From positions 96,001 to 160,000 of the IMG/VR virus record IMGVR_UViG_3300034683_000192: a stretch of 64,000 nt of DNA. One strand, 5' to 3'. Made by a program: the position numbers and the translations under genes. Positions 17,565-26,775 of the stretch are shown piece after piece. Each line of letters opens with the position of its first letter. Position 1 is the stretch's first letter. The notes under the pieces are model-generated. The model was not told the DNA's origin, made no database searches, and saw only the letters and a list, made by a program, of their open reading frames with translations. This DNA is from a virus.

Positions 17565-17606
17565 TGGTATCTCCTCCCACAGGGATTTGATTGACAGTCC
17601 AAACTT

Positions 17607-17614
17607 GTAATATA
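17607..17614 (-). promoter_or_regulatory. TATATTAC promoter motif
   Basis: Exact motif, intergenic. Confidence 0.6.
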
Positions 17615-17636
17615 TAGATGCATTTCTAACGAGAAC

Positions 17637-17664
17637 CCTAGGGTGCGGATTACCGCACCCTAGG
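17637..17664. terminator. Terminator hairpin after nrdD
   Basis: CCTAGGGTGCGG-atta-CCGCACCCTAGG. Confidence 0.7.
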
Positions 17665-17679
17665 TATTTTCAGTGCAAA

Positions 17680-20600
17680 CTATTCTTCAGTGTCGATTCC
17701 TGGAATCTTGATCTTGTCGGCGATGCTCTCGTAGGTATTGCGCATGGTCGATTCCTGCGCTTTACCCTTATTCCATCTGGACACTGGAGTATAGAACCCG
17801 ACGACTCTGGAGTAAGTCTCAGCACCACAGCCACATTTCGGGCAAGCATCAACTTTTCCAGGAAGATATCCATGTGATGCACACACAGAATAATCCGGAG
17901 AAATCGTGATGTACGGAATGTGGTAATTCGTGCAAAGCTTCTTGACCAAGTTCTTTACGACATTGTGATCTTTGATCGCTTCACCAAGAAGAACATGAAG
18001 TACTGTACCACCAGTGTAAATGGTCTGCAGACCATCCTGATGTTCAAATACTTCGATGATGTCGTCACTGTAATCGACAGGTACCTGAGTCGAGTTGGTG
18101 TAAAACGGCTCGGCACCGAGAATCTTGGAAGAAGCTGTGATGATGTCAGGATACTTCTTCGAGTTCAGTTTGGCAAGACGATAGCAGACACCTTCAGCTG
18201 GAGTTGCTTCCAGGTTGTAAAGGTATCCTGTTTCCTGCTTGAACTGATCACATTTGTCACGCATGAACCGAAGAACCTTCTCAGCAAATGCTTTGCCTCT
18301 TTCGGTAGTGATCGGTTCACCGAAGAGATTGAGGCATGCTTCATTACCACCGACGAGGCCGATCGTCGAGAAGTGATTGTGGAAGTATTCTCCATGTCTT
18401 GCAAAAGAGTCCTGAAGGTATACCTTCGAGAACGGGTAAAGACCAAGCTTTGTCTGCTGTTCGACGAAAGTCCGCTTGTCTTCGAGAAGTTCCTTCGCGA
18501 TATGCATGTACTTGTCAAGGTATTCGAAGAACTTGGATTCATCGCCCTTGGCAAGATATGCGAACAGCGGAAGGTTCTGAGTAACCACCCCAACGGAACC
18601 AGTCATGGGGTTGGCATTGAAGATACCACCACTTCTCTGACGCAGTTCGTTGTTGTCAAGCTGAAGATGGCAGTTATGCGTGACCATACCACCTTCTTTG
18701 AGCTCGAAGAGATGGTCATCGGATCCGACGGAGATGCAGTACGCGTAAGGTGCGGTTTTCTTCTGCTTCTCGATTTTCGTGATCGGAACCATGATGAACT
18801 CACCATGTACGAATGCACCCTTGGGGAGAGTGGAGAGATCTCTTCCAGTAATGCTGTACGGAACGAAAGCACCCACTTCGAGAGTATCCGCACTATACGT
18901 GCGCATATCTGTAAGCTCATGTTTTCCTTCCGTGTTCTTCTTGAGATACATTCGAGGTTGTTGATGGTTGTTCTCGAATGTAACTCCATCTGGATCATAC
19001 GCTGTCTTTACGGTAACAAATCCGTCAGGAGAAACCGCAACGACCCCAGTGACAGGAATTTCTTTTCCATTCAATCTGACGTAGTAGCCATCACCATTCA
19101 CGTAATGTCCATCAGGATCGCATCTATTTATCAGGTGATGATGAATCGAACTGATATCCATGATCAGCCAATTACCATTCATCTTGATGGAGATCTTCTC
19201 GTCAGGATGAAGCGGACACATGGATCTGATATCTTCAGGATTGAGATCTGAGTTCACGAAGTTCGTGAAATAGGGAGCACCGTATTTTGCTGCAAGCATC
19301 CACAGTGCATCGAGATTTTCGTTATCCCAGTTGAACTCTTTGGTGATGTTGTAGTTCGGAATTGGGAAAGAGAACTGGCGACCGGATGCATCTCCCTTGA
19401 GCATGACTTCACAGAATGCTCGGTTGAACATATCCATTTCTTCCTGAAAATCCCCGTAGGTATCGGAATCATGGAATTGTCCACCATGAATCACAGGTTC
19501 ATTCTTCATGTACGAAGGAACCGTAAGATCCATTGAAACATTCGTGAAGGGGCAATTTCCGGTAATGAAAGGAACACCGTTTTCTGCCTTGCAAATAAAC
19601 GTACCGGTATCAGTAGTCGGGCACCAGACCACCCCATCAAAATCAACGACATCGGACGTCACTGACGCATGTGACTTTTTGTACACAGTCACAGTGTCAG
19701 TACACGACAGCTGACGATTTCTCTTTGATCCGTATCCTGACAGCACGAGTAGAGACTGAATACACTCCGCCATGTAATCATTTTTCTTACCGATACGAAT
19801 ACGACCATTTGGCTCAATGTGCCCATCTGCATGAATCATCGTTTCGAGAAGAATTTCAATCTGTTCCACCGAAGCGTGGTTGATGAAATCCAAGGGAATG
19901 GCTTCTCGGTTTCCGCCAGTGTATTCCAAGATTTTCTTGGCGTAATCTCCCTTCACATCGAACCGATATACTTCATCGCCGTATCCACCACCGCCAGCGG
20001 TATTTGCGTACCAGTCCGCATCCAGACGAATGAGAAGATTTGCGACTTCGTGTGCATATTTTTTCGGTGACTGGTAGATACGAAGTCTGCTGCTGCGAAG
20101 ATCCATATGGCAGTCAGTAAGTGCCCATCCAAGCAGTCGGATTTCGTCGTTGGTCATGTCAACACCACGACGATTTACACGACCGGCAAGAGGGATATCG
20201 ATCGGTGTACGATACTTCTGATAAATATCTCCAGAAGTTTCGATTACGTAACTCGACGAGTTGAATTTACGTCGAATTGTGCGGTGATCGGGTGTGGTAA
20301 GAATATTCAATTTTCTTCCATGGAAATTGATCATCTTTCCACTGTAATCATAAACATTGACTCGCGTCAGTACATCAAGACGAATTTCTCCGGTATCTTT
20401 ATCGAACACGTAGATCGGATCTCCGATTCGAAGTTCGTCATGACTTTTCCACCCTTCTGGAGTAAGACAGGTGTACGTGTCAGGTACGCACTGGAAGCCT
20501 ACTCTGGTCTTAGTCGTCATGTTGTGGAAGAATTGCTGAAGCTTCTGCTTCACTTCTTTATACGTCAGACCATCATAACGAATGAATGGTGCGAGATAGG

Positions 20601-21294
20601 TATCGAAGTTACTGAATGCCTGAGCACCAGCTGCTTCACCTTGCATGGTAAAGAGGAAGTTCCAGCACTGGCCGAGAGCCACATCGAAATGCTTCGCAGG
20701 TCCAGCATCATTGGCGCCTTCGACACCACCGAAACCTACGAGAAGCACCTGCTTGATGTCCCACCCACAGCAGTAGGGAGCAAGCAGATTGAGATCGTGA
20801 ATATGCAAGAAACCATCGACGTGAGCAGCTCTGGCATCAGGAGAATAAATTTCGTTCAGCCAGTAGAGAGACATCGCCTTAGCGGCAACGTAATGATTGA
20901 GTCCCTGCAGGGAATACCCCATATTGGAGTTTTCCTTGATAGACCATTCTTCCTTACCAAGGTATTCCTTGACAAGGTTGATGAGTGCTGAATCGGAAAG
21001 ATTACGTACATCTTCACGATGCTGACGATAGATGATGTACTTTTTTGCTGTACCGTAATGTCGTGCGTACATGAGCGCACGTTCGACGAAATTCTGGATA
21101 TCTTCGATGGTAATGACATTCGACGAATCGAACTCATTCTGTATGTCATACAGAACAAGGTCAGTGATCTTGACTGCGTCCACTGATTCACCAGACGAAG
21201 CAGCTGCTTTCGAAATGGCGATTTCGATCTTCTTACGATCGAACGGTACTGCAGTCTTTCCGTCGCGTTTCATCACAGTCGTCGGCTGAAGCAT
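17680..21294 (-). CDS. nrdD: Anaerobic (class III) ribonucleoside-triphosphate reductase with ATP cone and two inteins
   Basis: N-terminal ATP cone (VMKRDG..VPFDRKKIE), YCCGW, QAFSNFDT, FPIPNYN, RSMC/CHLQLD, YNLEATPAEG, C-terminal Zn site and YSRVVGFY glycyl-radical loop. GGAG RBS at ATG 21294. Confidence 0.95.
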   Translation of the reverse strand: MLQPTTVMKRDGKTAVPFDRKKIEIAISKAAASSGESVDAVKITDLVLYDIQNEFDSSNVITIEDIQNFVERALMYARHYGTAKKYIIYRQHREDVRNLSDSALINLVKEYLGKEEWSIKENSNMGYSLQGLNHYVAAKAMSLYWLNEIYSPDARAAHVDGFLHIHDLNLLAPYCCGWDIKQVLLVGFGGVEGANDAGPAKHFDVALGQCWNFLFTMQGEAAGAQAFSNFDTYLAPFIRYDGLTYKEVKQKLQQFFHNMTTKTRVGFQCVPDTYTCLTPEGWKSHDELRIGDPIYVFDKDTGEIRLDVLTRVNVYDYSGKMINFHGRKLNILTTPDHRTIRRKFNSSSYVIETSGDIYQKYRTPIDIPLAGRVNRRGVDMTNDEIRLLGWALTDCHMDLRSSRLRIYQSPKKYAHEVANLLIRLDADWYANTAGGGGYGDEVYRFDVKGDYAKKILEYTGGNREAIPLDFINHASVEQIEILLETMIHADGHIEPNGRIRIGKKNDYMAECIQSLLVLSGYGSKRNRQLSCTDTVTVYKKSHASVTSDVVDFDGVVWCPTTDTGTFICKAENGVPFITGNCPFTNVSMDLTVPSYMKNEPVIHGGQFHDSDTYGDFQEEMDMFNRAFCEVMLKGDASGRQFSFPIPNYNITKEFNWDNENLDALWMLAAKYGAPYFTNFVNSDLNPEDIRSMCPLHPDEKISIKMNGNWLIMDISSIHHHLINRCDPDGHYVNGDGYYVRLNGKEIPVTGVVAVSPDGFVTVKTAYDPDGVTFENNHQQPRMYLKKNTEGKHELTDMRTYSADTLEVGAFVPYSITGRDLSTLPKGAFVHGEFIMVPITKIEKQKKTAPYAYCISVGSDDHLFELKEGGMVTHNCHLQLDNNELRQRSGGIFNANPMTGSVGVVTQNLPLFAYLAKGDESKFFEYLDKYMHIAKELLEDKRTFVEQQTKLGLYPFSKVYLQDSFARHGEYFHNHFSTIGLVGGNEACLNLFGEPITTERGKAFAEKVLRFMRDKCDQFKQETGYLYNLEATPAEGVCYRLAKLNSKKYPDIITASSKILGAEPFYTNSTQVPVDYSDDIIEVFEHQDGLQTIYTGGTVLHVLLGEAIKDHNVVKNLVKKLCTNYHIPYITISPDYSVCASHGYLPGKVDACPKCGCGAETYSRVVGFYTPVSRWNKGKAQESTMRNTYESIADKIKIPGIDTEE
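18673..19215 (-). mobile_element. Intein 2 in NrdD, mini-intein (~181 aa), apparently Pro-initiated
   Basis: RSMC|PLHPDEKI...AYCISV...HLF...MVTHN|CHLQLD, no endonuclease. Removing P...N restores the RSMCC.L.LD active-site motif. Confidence 0.85.
19555..20490 (-). mobile_element. Intein 1 in NrdD with LAGLIDADG homing endonuclease (312 aa)
   Basis: Begins CVPDTYTCLTPEGW, has TPDHR block B and LAGLIDADG-like LLGWALTDC / LETMIHADG, and ends VWCPTT...ITGN followed by Cys+1. Confidence 0.9.
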
Positions 21295-21416
21295 GAGTAA
21301 GTCTCCATGAATGTTGGTATGGGAGATAAGTGGCAGATGGAACATAGCATACCTTGTTAAGTAGGAAGATAAAATCGAAGTCAGAACAAAAAAGAAATTG
21401 ACCCATTTTAAGGAGA

Positions 21417-21451
21417 CTAGGAGAGAGATACGTCCTGTATCTCTCTCCTAG
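21417..21451. terminator. Hairpin
   Basis: CTAGGAGAGAGATAC-gtcct-GTATCTCTCTCCTAG. Confidence 0.65.
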
Positions 21452-21599
21452 CTGATTCCTTAATACGAGTAATTCTTTGCTTCCTGAGTACATGAGTAAA
21501 CGTACCGTGCGAGAAGGAAGCGCGTGATGCGTCCACTATTCGTGGAGTTTATTGTCCTGACAGACTAATACTGAGAGTGTGTTTTGTGTGACCTTAAAA

Positions 21600-21953
21600 C
21601 TAATTCCGGCACTGTAAGCGGTAGTCTGTCGTGGTCGGGGGCTTCTTATGCATGAACACGGATTCTCTGGCAGGTATACCAATCAGTTCCGTGTACCGCA
21701 TACTCCGCATTCCTGTCCTGAGTACCTCGATGGTGAGGCACCGGCTGACGTCAATGGCAGCAAGAATATGCTCACCATCCATCAGATCGAGATGCGGAAG
21801 AAACCCGGGAAGATTACTCTTCACCAATTTGAGCTCAAGCTCGATTTTCGGATACCGTTTGCGGACATCCATGACCGAGTCATTGAGCTCTCTCAAAATG
21901 TCATTGAGGGTGCTCATAAAGACCTCGAAAGTTAGAAGTTTAAGAAGGTTCAC
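21600..21953 (-). CDS. Hypothetical protein
   Basis: 117-aa ORF; true start probably the internal MSTL. Lies downstream of a TATATTAC motif. Confidence 0.6.
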   Translation of the reverse strand: MNLLKLLTFEVFMSTLNDILRELNDSVMDVRKRYPKIELELKLVKSNLPGFLPHLDLMDGEHILAAIDVSRCLTIEVLRTGMRSMRYTELIGIPARESVFMHKKPPTTTDYRLQCRN

Positions 21954-21957
21954 AGTA

Positions 21958-21965
21958 GTAATATA
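21958..21965 (-). promoter_or_regulatory. TATATTAC promoter motif (extended TATATTACTACTGTGAA)
   Basis: Exact motif; shares the downstream TGTGAA with the 22565 and 57070 sites. Confidence 0.65.
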
Positions 21966-22193
21966 TTTCTAAGAGCTACATGAATGACAATAATACTATA
22001 CTAGTTTCGAGAGTGTTCAGGGTTTCATTCTCGAAGCGCCTTACGTTCCTGGCGTAAGGTACTTTCTTCTTTGCAGACCGGTAAGTTGTCGGAGCCTCCC
22101 AACTGCAGGTGGGTCTTCGGACCCATCTGCAAAAAAAAAATAAACTTTATGCTGCACTCTGTGTGGAAGGGAGAAGGGTTTCCCCTTCTTCCC

Positions 22194-22505
22194 TTACCAC
22201 GACAGGGCACCGTTCCACACGATGGCGGCAGAATCGTTGTTCACGTTGCGCACGCGATTGTATGCACCACAGATCTGCGAAAGGCGGCTATTGGTGTAGC
22301 TGAGCATGCGCGCAGCTTCTTCATACGGAAGTTCCATTTCGCAGGTACGTCCGTCAACGGTGACGGCAACGGCGAACAGACTGTTGTTGTTAGCGGCGAT
22401 GCGACGCATTTCCACGGTATACTCGATCTCACGTTCGACCGTGTTGACCATACCGATGAGCTGACGGCCAAGGCGGCCGAACAGAGTGTTAAGAGCGCGG
22501 ATCAT
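22194..22505 (-). CDS. Hypothetical protein, probably early/abundant
   Basis: AGGAG RBS, GC3-rich codons, promoter variant TACATTAC at 22565-22572. Confidence 0.75.
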   Translation of the reverse strand: MIRALNTLFGRLGRQLIGMVNTVEREIEYTVEMRRIAANNNSLFAVAVTVDGRTCEMELPYEEAARMLSYTNSRLSQICGAYNRVRNVNNDSAAIVWNGALSW

Positions 22506-22564
22506 GATGGACTCCTGTGTTTGTTTTGGTTAGTTTAGAAGCCCTTTTAAGCTTCTTCACAGGA

Positions 22565-22572
22565 GTAATGTA
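22565..22572 (-). promoter_or_regulatory. TACATTAC promoter variant
   Basis: TATACATTACTCCTGTGAA, aligned with the 21958 and 57070 sites. Confidence 0.55.
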
Positions 22573-22601
22573 TAAACGACTAAAGATGAATGACATTTTT
22601 A

Positions 22602-22630
22602 AGGAGGATCCCCGCAAGGGGATCACTCCT
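22602..22630. terminator. Hairpin
   Basis: AGGAGGATCCCC-gcaa-GGGGATCACTCCT. Confidence 0.65.
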
Positions 22631-23181
22631 TAAATTTGGTGTCTTCGTGATCTTAGATATTTCTGGACTGCCAGTCGGGCATCCCAATATACTCGTTTCT
22701 TCGCTGACGCATATTTAAGCTGAATGCTTGCTTGTTTTTTGTGTGTATCAGTTCCATCCGTTTCGAGCTTTACTAATAACTTAGAAAAGCTCTCGCACGA
22801 TTGAATGCTTTTGGATAAAATGTCATCAAGTTCTCCTAGTATCTTACTAGGAGGACCATACATGGACTGGTGACCACATAGCTGACATCTTCGATTATAT
22901 TCAATCATAAAACACGCTCTATACGCAACGTATTTTGCTGTAGTCTGAACAAGTTTATCCTGTTCAGGTAATGTATATTCATTTACTATCGCTTTTTGTA
23001 ACTCAGCGATATGTCGTTCTTCTTCTACCATGAGATTTACTAGTTTCTCATGCATATCCTGCAATTCTGGACTAAGTGTAACTGCAGTCTTTTTTGATTT
23101 AGGAAAAATGTAGTGGAACAATATTACCACTACTCCTGACAAGATGCCGATGGTAATGAATAATACATCATCCATTGTCAT
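22630..23181 (-). CDS. Hypothetical protein with N-terminal TM helix
   Basis: 183-aa ORF. Confidence 0.65.
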   Translation of the reverse strand: MTMDDVLFITIGILSGVVVILFHYIFPKSKKTAVTLSPELQDMHEKLVNLMVEEERHIAELQKAIVNEYTLPEQDKLVQTTAKYVAYRACFMIEYNRRCQLCGHQSMYGPPSKILGELDDILSKSIQSCESFSKLLVKLETDGTDTHKKQASIQLKYASAKKRVYWDARLAVQKYLRSRRHQI

Positions 23182-23282
23182 GGATCTTGATCCTCGTGTG
23201 AAAGTACGTGTAGTGTATCGTTACAGATGATGGTCAATAGAAATATAGGAGGAATCCGCCAGATAGGCGGATCCTCTTTGAG

Positions 23283-24557
23283 TTAATGTCGCATATTGAG
23301 ATCGTCGATCAGTGAATCAATACAGTAAATATCTCTTCGTGTTTGATCACATACCGACGGATCCAGATAATTGTTCTCAGTGTAATACTTGTGACCAAGC
23401 ATATCCGGAGTGGGTACATCCGATGCAAACTGTTTGAATACGAATGACCGAAGTGAGAAGTATGACTTCTTCAGATCTTCTGGGTAAATAGTTCGTCCTT
23501 TGTCATAGCTCATCGAGATCAGAGTTTCGACAAAGTATCTATTGTTCAAATGCCCAGGACCCATAATAGCACTCCAGCCACTGGCGAATGCCATGTTCAT
23601 TGGATACTTTCGAGCAATATCTTTACATGCATCCTCCGCTATACCTGATCCAGTCAAACGGTACAACGTCGCAGCATTGAAGAAGTTACTGTGCGCTGTA
23701 AACCAAGATACAAGATACACTCGTCCAAGAAAGATCGAAAGATCTCCTGGACTAGTGATGAGTAGCGGGAAGTAACATACCAGAAGTACTCGGTAGAACC
23801 AAAGGTATTTCTTTTCCCATGTGATTTCATATCCTAGTCTGAACCATGTAAGAAGTCGAATTACATCTGGTCCAAGTCCAAACCAACGATAGAGATACCC
23901 CCGATCATCGTCAGCTTTGACTCTACCTAATTCACATGCAGCGTTTCCGAAATGAAGGAGATGTCCTTTGTTTCCATGTCTATCGGTACGACGAAATGTA
24001 GTCTGTTCGAAAAGATTGACTAGCTTCGCCAGATCGGATTTGGTTAGTTCTACAGAAGGATGATCGTTACGTATCACTTCTGTGAGCCATGCCATTAGAC
24101 CAACAACCATATCACCAGAGAAATTCACAGTAGTGTATCTATCTGGATGATTGTTTGGATATCTGCCGATATATCCATCATCACCTACATACGACAGAAG
24201 TAGTCTGTGTAGTCGATATATGTAGTTTTCTATATCTGGTGGGACAATCTTGGATGTACCTAATGCGCCCATCTTCTTTTGTGTCGAAAAATATCGAATA
24301 AGTGACGATGCGTAAAGTCCGAGCCACTTAAACGAATCTCCATCGTCAGTCAGTTTGAGAAAATCGTAGTTATAGATCCTGTGATTGAATTCTGAATTCT
24401 TCTGGAGTTTAAATCCATACGTTTTAGCTGAACGCATCAGCGAATAAGTGATGGATGGAAACCACAGACACCGACTCACGACAGATATCACTACCTTCAC
24501 AGGTTGAAGCAAAATGATATCTATCATGAAGAACAGAATGAGTAATACGTAATTCAT
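23283..24557 (-). CDS. Hypothetical protein
   Basis: 424-aa ORF with hydrophobic N-terminus. Confidence 0.75.
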   Translation of the reverse strand: MNYVLLILFFMIDIILLQPVKVVISVVSRCLWFPSITYSLMRSAKTYGFKLQKNSEFNHRIYNYDFLKLTDDGDSFKWLGLYASSLIRYFSTQKKMGALGTSKIVPPDIENYIYRLHRLLLSYVGDDGYIGRYPNNHPDRYTTVNFSGDMVVGLMAWLTEVIRNDHPSVELTKSDLAKLVNLFEQTTFRRTDRHGNKGHLLHFGNAACELGRVKADDDRGYLYRWFGLGPDVIRLLTWFRLGYEITWEKKYLWFYRVLLVCYFPLLITSPGDLSIFLGRVYLVSWFTAHSNFFNAATLYRLTGSGIAEDACKDIARKYPMNMAFASGWSAIMGPGHLNNRYFVETLISMSYDKGRTIYPEDLKKSYFSLRSFVFKQFASDVPTPDMLGHKYYTENNYLDPSVCDQTRRDIYCIDSLIDDLNMRH

Positions 24558-24576
24558 TGTCCACCTGATCCTTTGA

Positions 24577-25122
24577 TTAGTCGGATATGCGGACCGCCCC
24601 CGGCCTCATAGGATCGATGTAGTAAATTCGAACATTTTTTCGTTCAGCGTACTGAAGACATGCGTATGTTCCTCCAGTATTCTTACCATCGATGTGTACT
24701 GCAATTACGAAGGATGAATTATTTACCATCCACGCATTACGTGCGTGCATTTTCCATGCTGCATATGGATCAGGATTTACGTCAACTATGTCATCAGCAG
24801 CTTCACACAACTGATGAAATTTTTTCTGAATATGTGGAGGCCACTTGATGTGCTGTGAAGGAAATGGTCGAGCAATGATCGACTTGATATCAGAAAAAGT
24901 TTCACGTATATCGTGTACTTCTTCTGCTGCCCACTGATCCACACCCAATGCTCCACCAGTAATGAAGGTTCTGATGTTGTAGGTATGGTACATGGTAAGG
25001 ATAGCAGTTCTCAAAAGTTCTTTGATGTTGAACTCAACGTCTCGTTCAGTGAAACCGAGCTCCTGAAGAGCAGCTGGGCGATGTCCAGTAAAACAGACTG
25101 AGTATTCTGGGTCAATATGCAT
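24577..25122 (-). CDS. SLOG superfamily protein (YspA/DUF1273-like)
   Basis: VCFTGHRP, FITGGALGVDQWAAE, RNAWMVNNS...GGT..CL.YA. Confidence 0.85.
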   Translation of the reverse strand: MHIDPEYSVCFTGHRPAALQELGFTERDVEFNIKELLRTAILTMYHTYNIRTFITGGALGVDQWAAEEVHDIRETFSDIKSIIARPFPSQHIKWPPHIQKKFHQLCEAADDIVDVNPDPYAAWKMHARNAWMVNNSSFVIAVHIDGKNTGGTYACLQYAERKNVRIYYIDPMRPGAVRISD

Positions 25123-25125
25123 CTC

Positions 25126-25593
25126 TTACTCCAAGAGGTAAACATGGTTACAGGCATCTTTCAAATGCCTGATAATTTCTCGTCTAACTACATTCCAATC
25201 CAATCCACCATATCCACACCCTAGCTTGGGAATGGCGATAGAATGTATCTCTCTAGATACTATTTCTTCTCTGAGAGCTATTAAACCTTTGGTTATGTAG
25301 GACACATCAGAAGGATCTTTCCAATGAAGTTTCGTTGGAAAGTTAATGATAAAATTCGGAGTTTGTTTAGTAGAAGTAATGAACACATACATAATTCCAG
25401 GACGTAAGGTATTATTCATGCAGGCCTTAGCATATTCACGAAACATCTCAGGATATTTCAATCGAAATTGTCTAGCTAATCCGGCGCCCATTACTCCGAC
25501 ACAATTTACGGGATTGACAATTGCGTCGGTTTTCATGGTAAAGATATCTTGAGAAATTAAGCTATGGAACATGGTTTGCCTCCGACATGACAT
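25126..25593 (-). CDS. Macrodomain ADP-ribosylglycohydrolase (DarG/Poa1-like)
   Basis: DAIVNPVNCVGVMGAGLA.QF..KYP, IINFPTK.HW, SIAIPKLGCGYGGLDW. Confidence 0.9.
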   Translation of the reverse strand: MSCRRQTMFHSLISQDIFTMKTDAIVNPVNCVGVMGAGLARQFRLKYPEMFREYAKACMNNTLRPGIMYVFITSTKQTPNFIINFPTKLHWKDPSDVSYITKGLIALREEIVSREIHSIAIPKLGCGYGGLDWNVVRREIIRHLKDACNHVYLLE

Positions 25594-25607
25594 AGGGATA
25601 CATTGTA

Positions 25608-25637
25608 AGAGGGGACATCCTTTCGGATGTCCCCTCT
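25608..25637. terminator. Hairpin
   Basis: AGAGGGGACATCC-tttc-GGATGTCCCCTCT. Confidence 0.65.
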
Positions 25638-25646
25638 ACGATTCTA

Positions 25647-26699
25647 CTACATTTGAACAATATTGACGGTACCATTTCCACCTTTACCACCGGCGACATT
25701 TCCCGTACCACCATTTCCGCCATTGGCAACGATCTTGGAAATATCGTTGATACTTCCCTTGTGGAAGATATGAATGGCTCCGCCACCAGATCCACCACCA
25801 CCGACTTTATGTGTCCCACCAGAACCATTACCACCAGCAACACCATTGGCTTCAATTGCTCCGGCAGGTCCTATGATGATATCACCATCGACAAAAAGGA
25901 TCATCAACCCTCCGGTACCAGTTCCTCCAGCAGTACCACCAGTACCACTTACGAGAATCTTTCCGTGTGTTCCACCAGGATTCCCAGCACCTCCCCCTGC
26001 AGTTCTTCCGTATCTACCACCATCAGTATCTTTGGCTACGCCATTCCCACCTTTTCCACCGTCAACTGCACCATCTTGTGCAGATCCTGAGTTACCATAG
26101 AGGTTCACTCCACCACCACCAGTGCCGCCGGAAAATGATGTACCTGCGTTCCCGCGACCAGCATTACCAGATCCTCCACCACCAGTAGTTCTTCCACCAG
26201 AGCCACCACCGCCACAGGCACCATTTACACCAATGTTTCCATTGGCACGCGATGAGTTTGCAGGGTATGCGGAAATAGCTCCACCAGTAGGACCAATGAA
26301 GGGGATATTTTCTGGAGTAAAGATATCACTACTGTGGAAATAGACTACTTTGTTTTCGTGATCTATTCCTACGAATTTTCCAGGAACATTGGCACCCCTC
26401 GCAGACATCGAAAGGCGACCATTCACAGTCAGATTTCCTCTGATGTGAATGTATAACCCCATACATCTGTTCGAGGGTCTCACGAGATGACCAGCATTGA
26501 CAGTAAAATCGTCAAATGTAAGAAGAACTGGATCTCCATCAAGAATGGATGCAAATTCGTCAGTAGTAGTGACACCAGTAGAAACGAAATTACCTGCCGA
26601 TTCTGGAAAACTTAATGCACGTTCGGCAGGAAGAAGAGGCTCTGCGTATTTTTTACGCAACTTATATCCGGCGTCTGTAAGTTCAATAGCTATCGGCAT
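25647..26699 (-). CDS. Glycine-rich virion/tail-associated protein, copy 2
   Basis: Paralog of 26776-27888 and 3-845, with conserved N- and C-terminal blocks and a variable Gly-rich middle. Confidence 0.75.
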   Translation of the reverse strand: MPIAIELTDAGYKLRKKYAEPLLPAERALSFPESAGNFVSTGVTTTDEFASILDGDPVLLTFDDFTVNAGHLVRPSNRCMGLYIHIRGNLTVNGRLSMSARGANVPGKFVGIDHENKVVYFHSSDIFTPENIPFIGPTGGAISAYPANSSRANGNIGVNGACGGGGSGGRTTGGGGSGNAGRGNAGTSFSGGTGGGGVNLYGNSGSAQDGAVDGGKGGNGVAKDTDGGRYGRTAGGGAGNPGGTHGKILVSGTGGTAGGTGTGGLMILFVDGDIIIGPAGAIEANGVAGGNGSGGTHKVGGGGSGGGAIHIFHKGSINDISKIVANGGNGGTGNVAGGKGGNGTVNIVQM

Positions 26700-26775
26700 G
26701 AATATTCTCCGGTGGATTTAGTTAATGGACATAGTATTCCTGAAAGGAGATCCCTATGGGATCTCCTCTGTGCCG

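Noticed and set aside
21233-21493. 86-aa ORF upstream of nrdD
   Set aside because: It runs through a terminator hairpin and overlaps the nrdD start, has no RBS, and has low coding plausibility.
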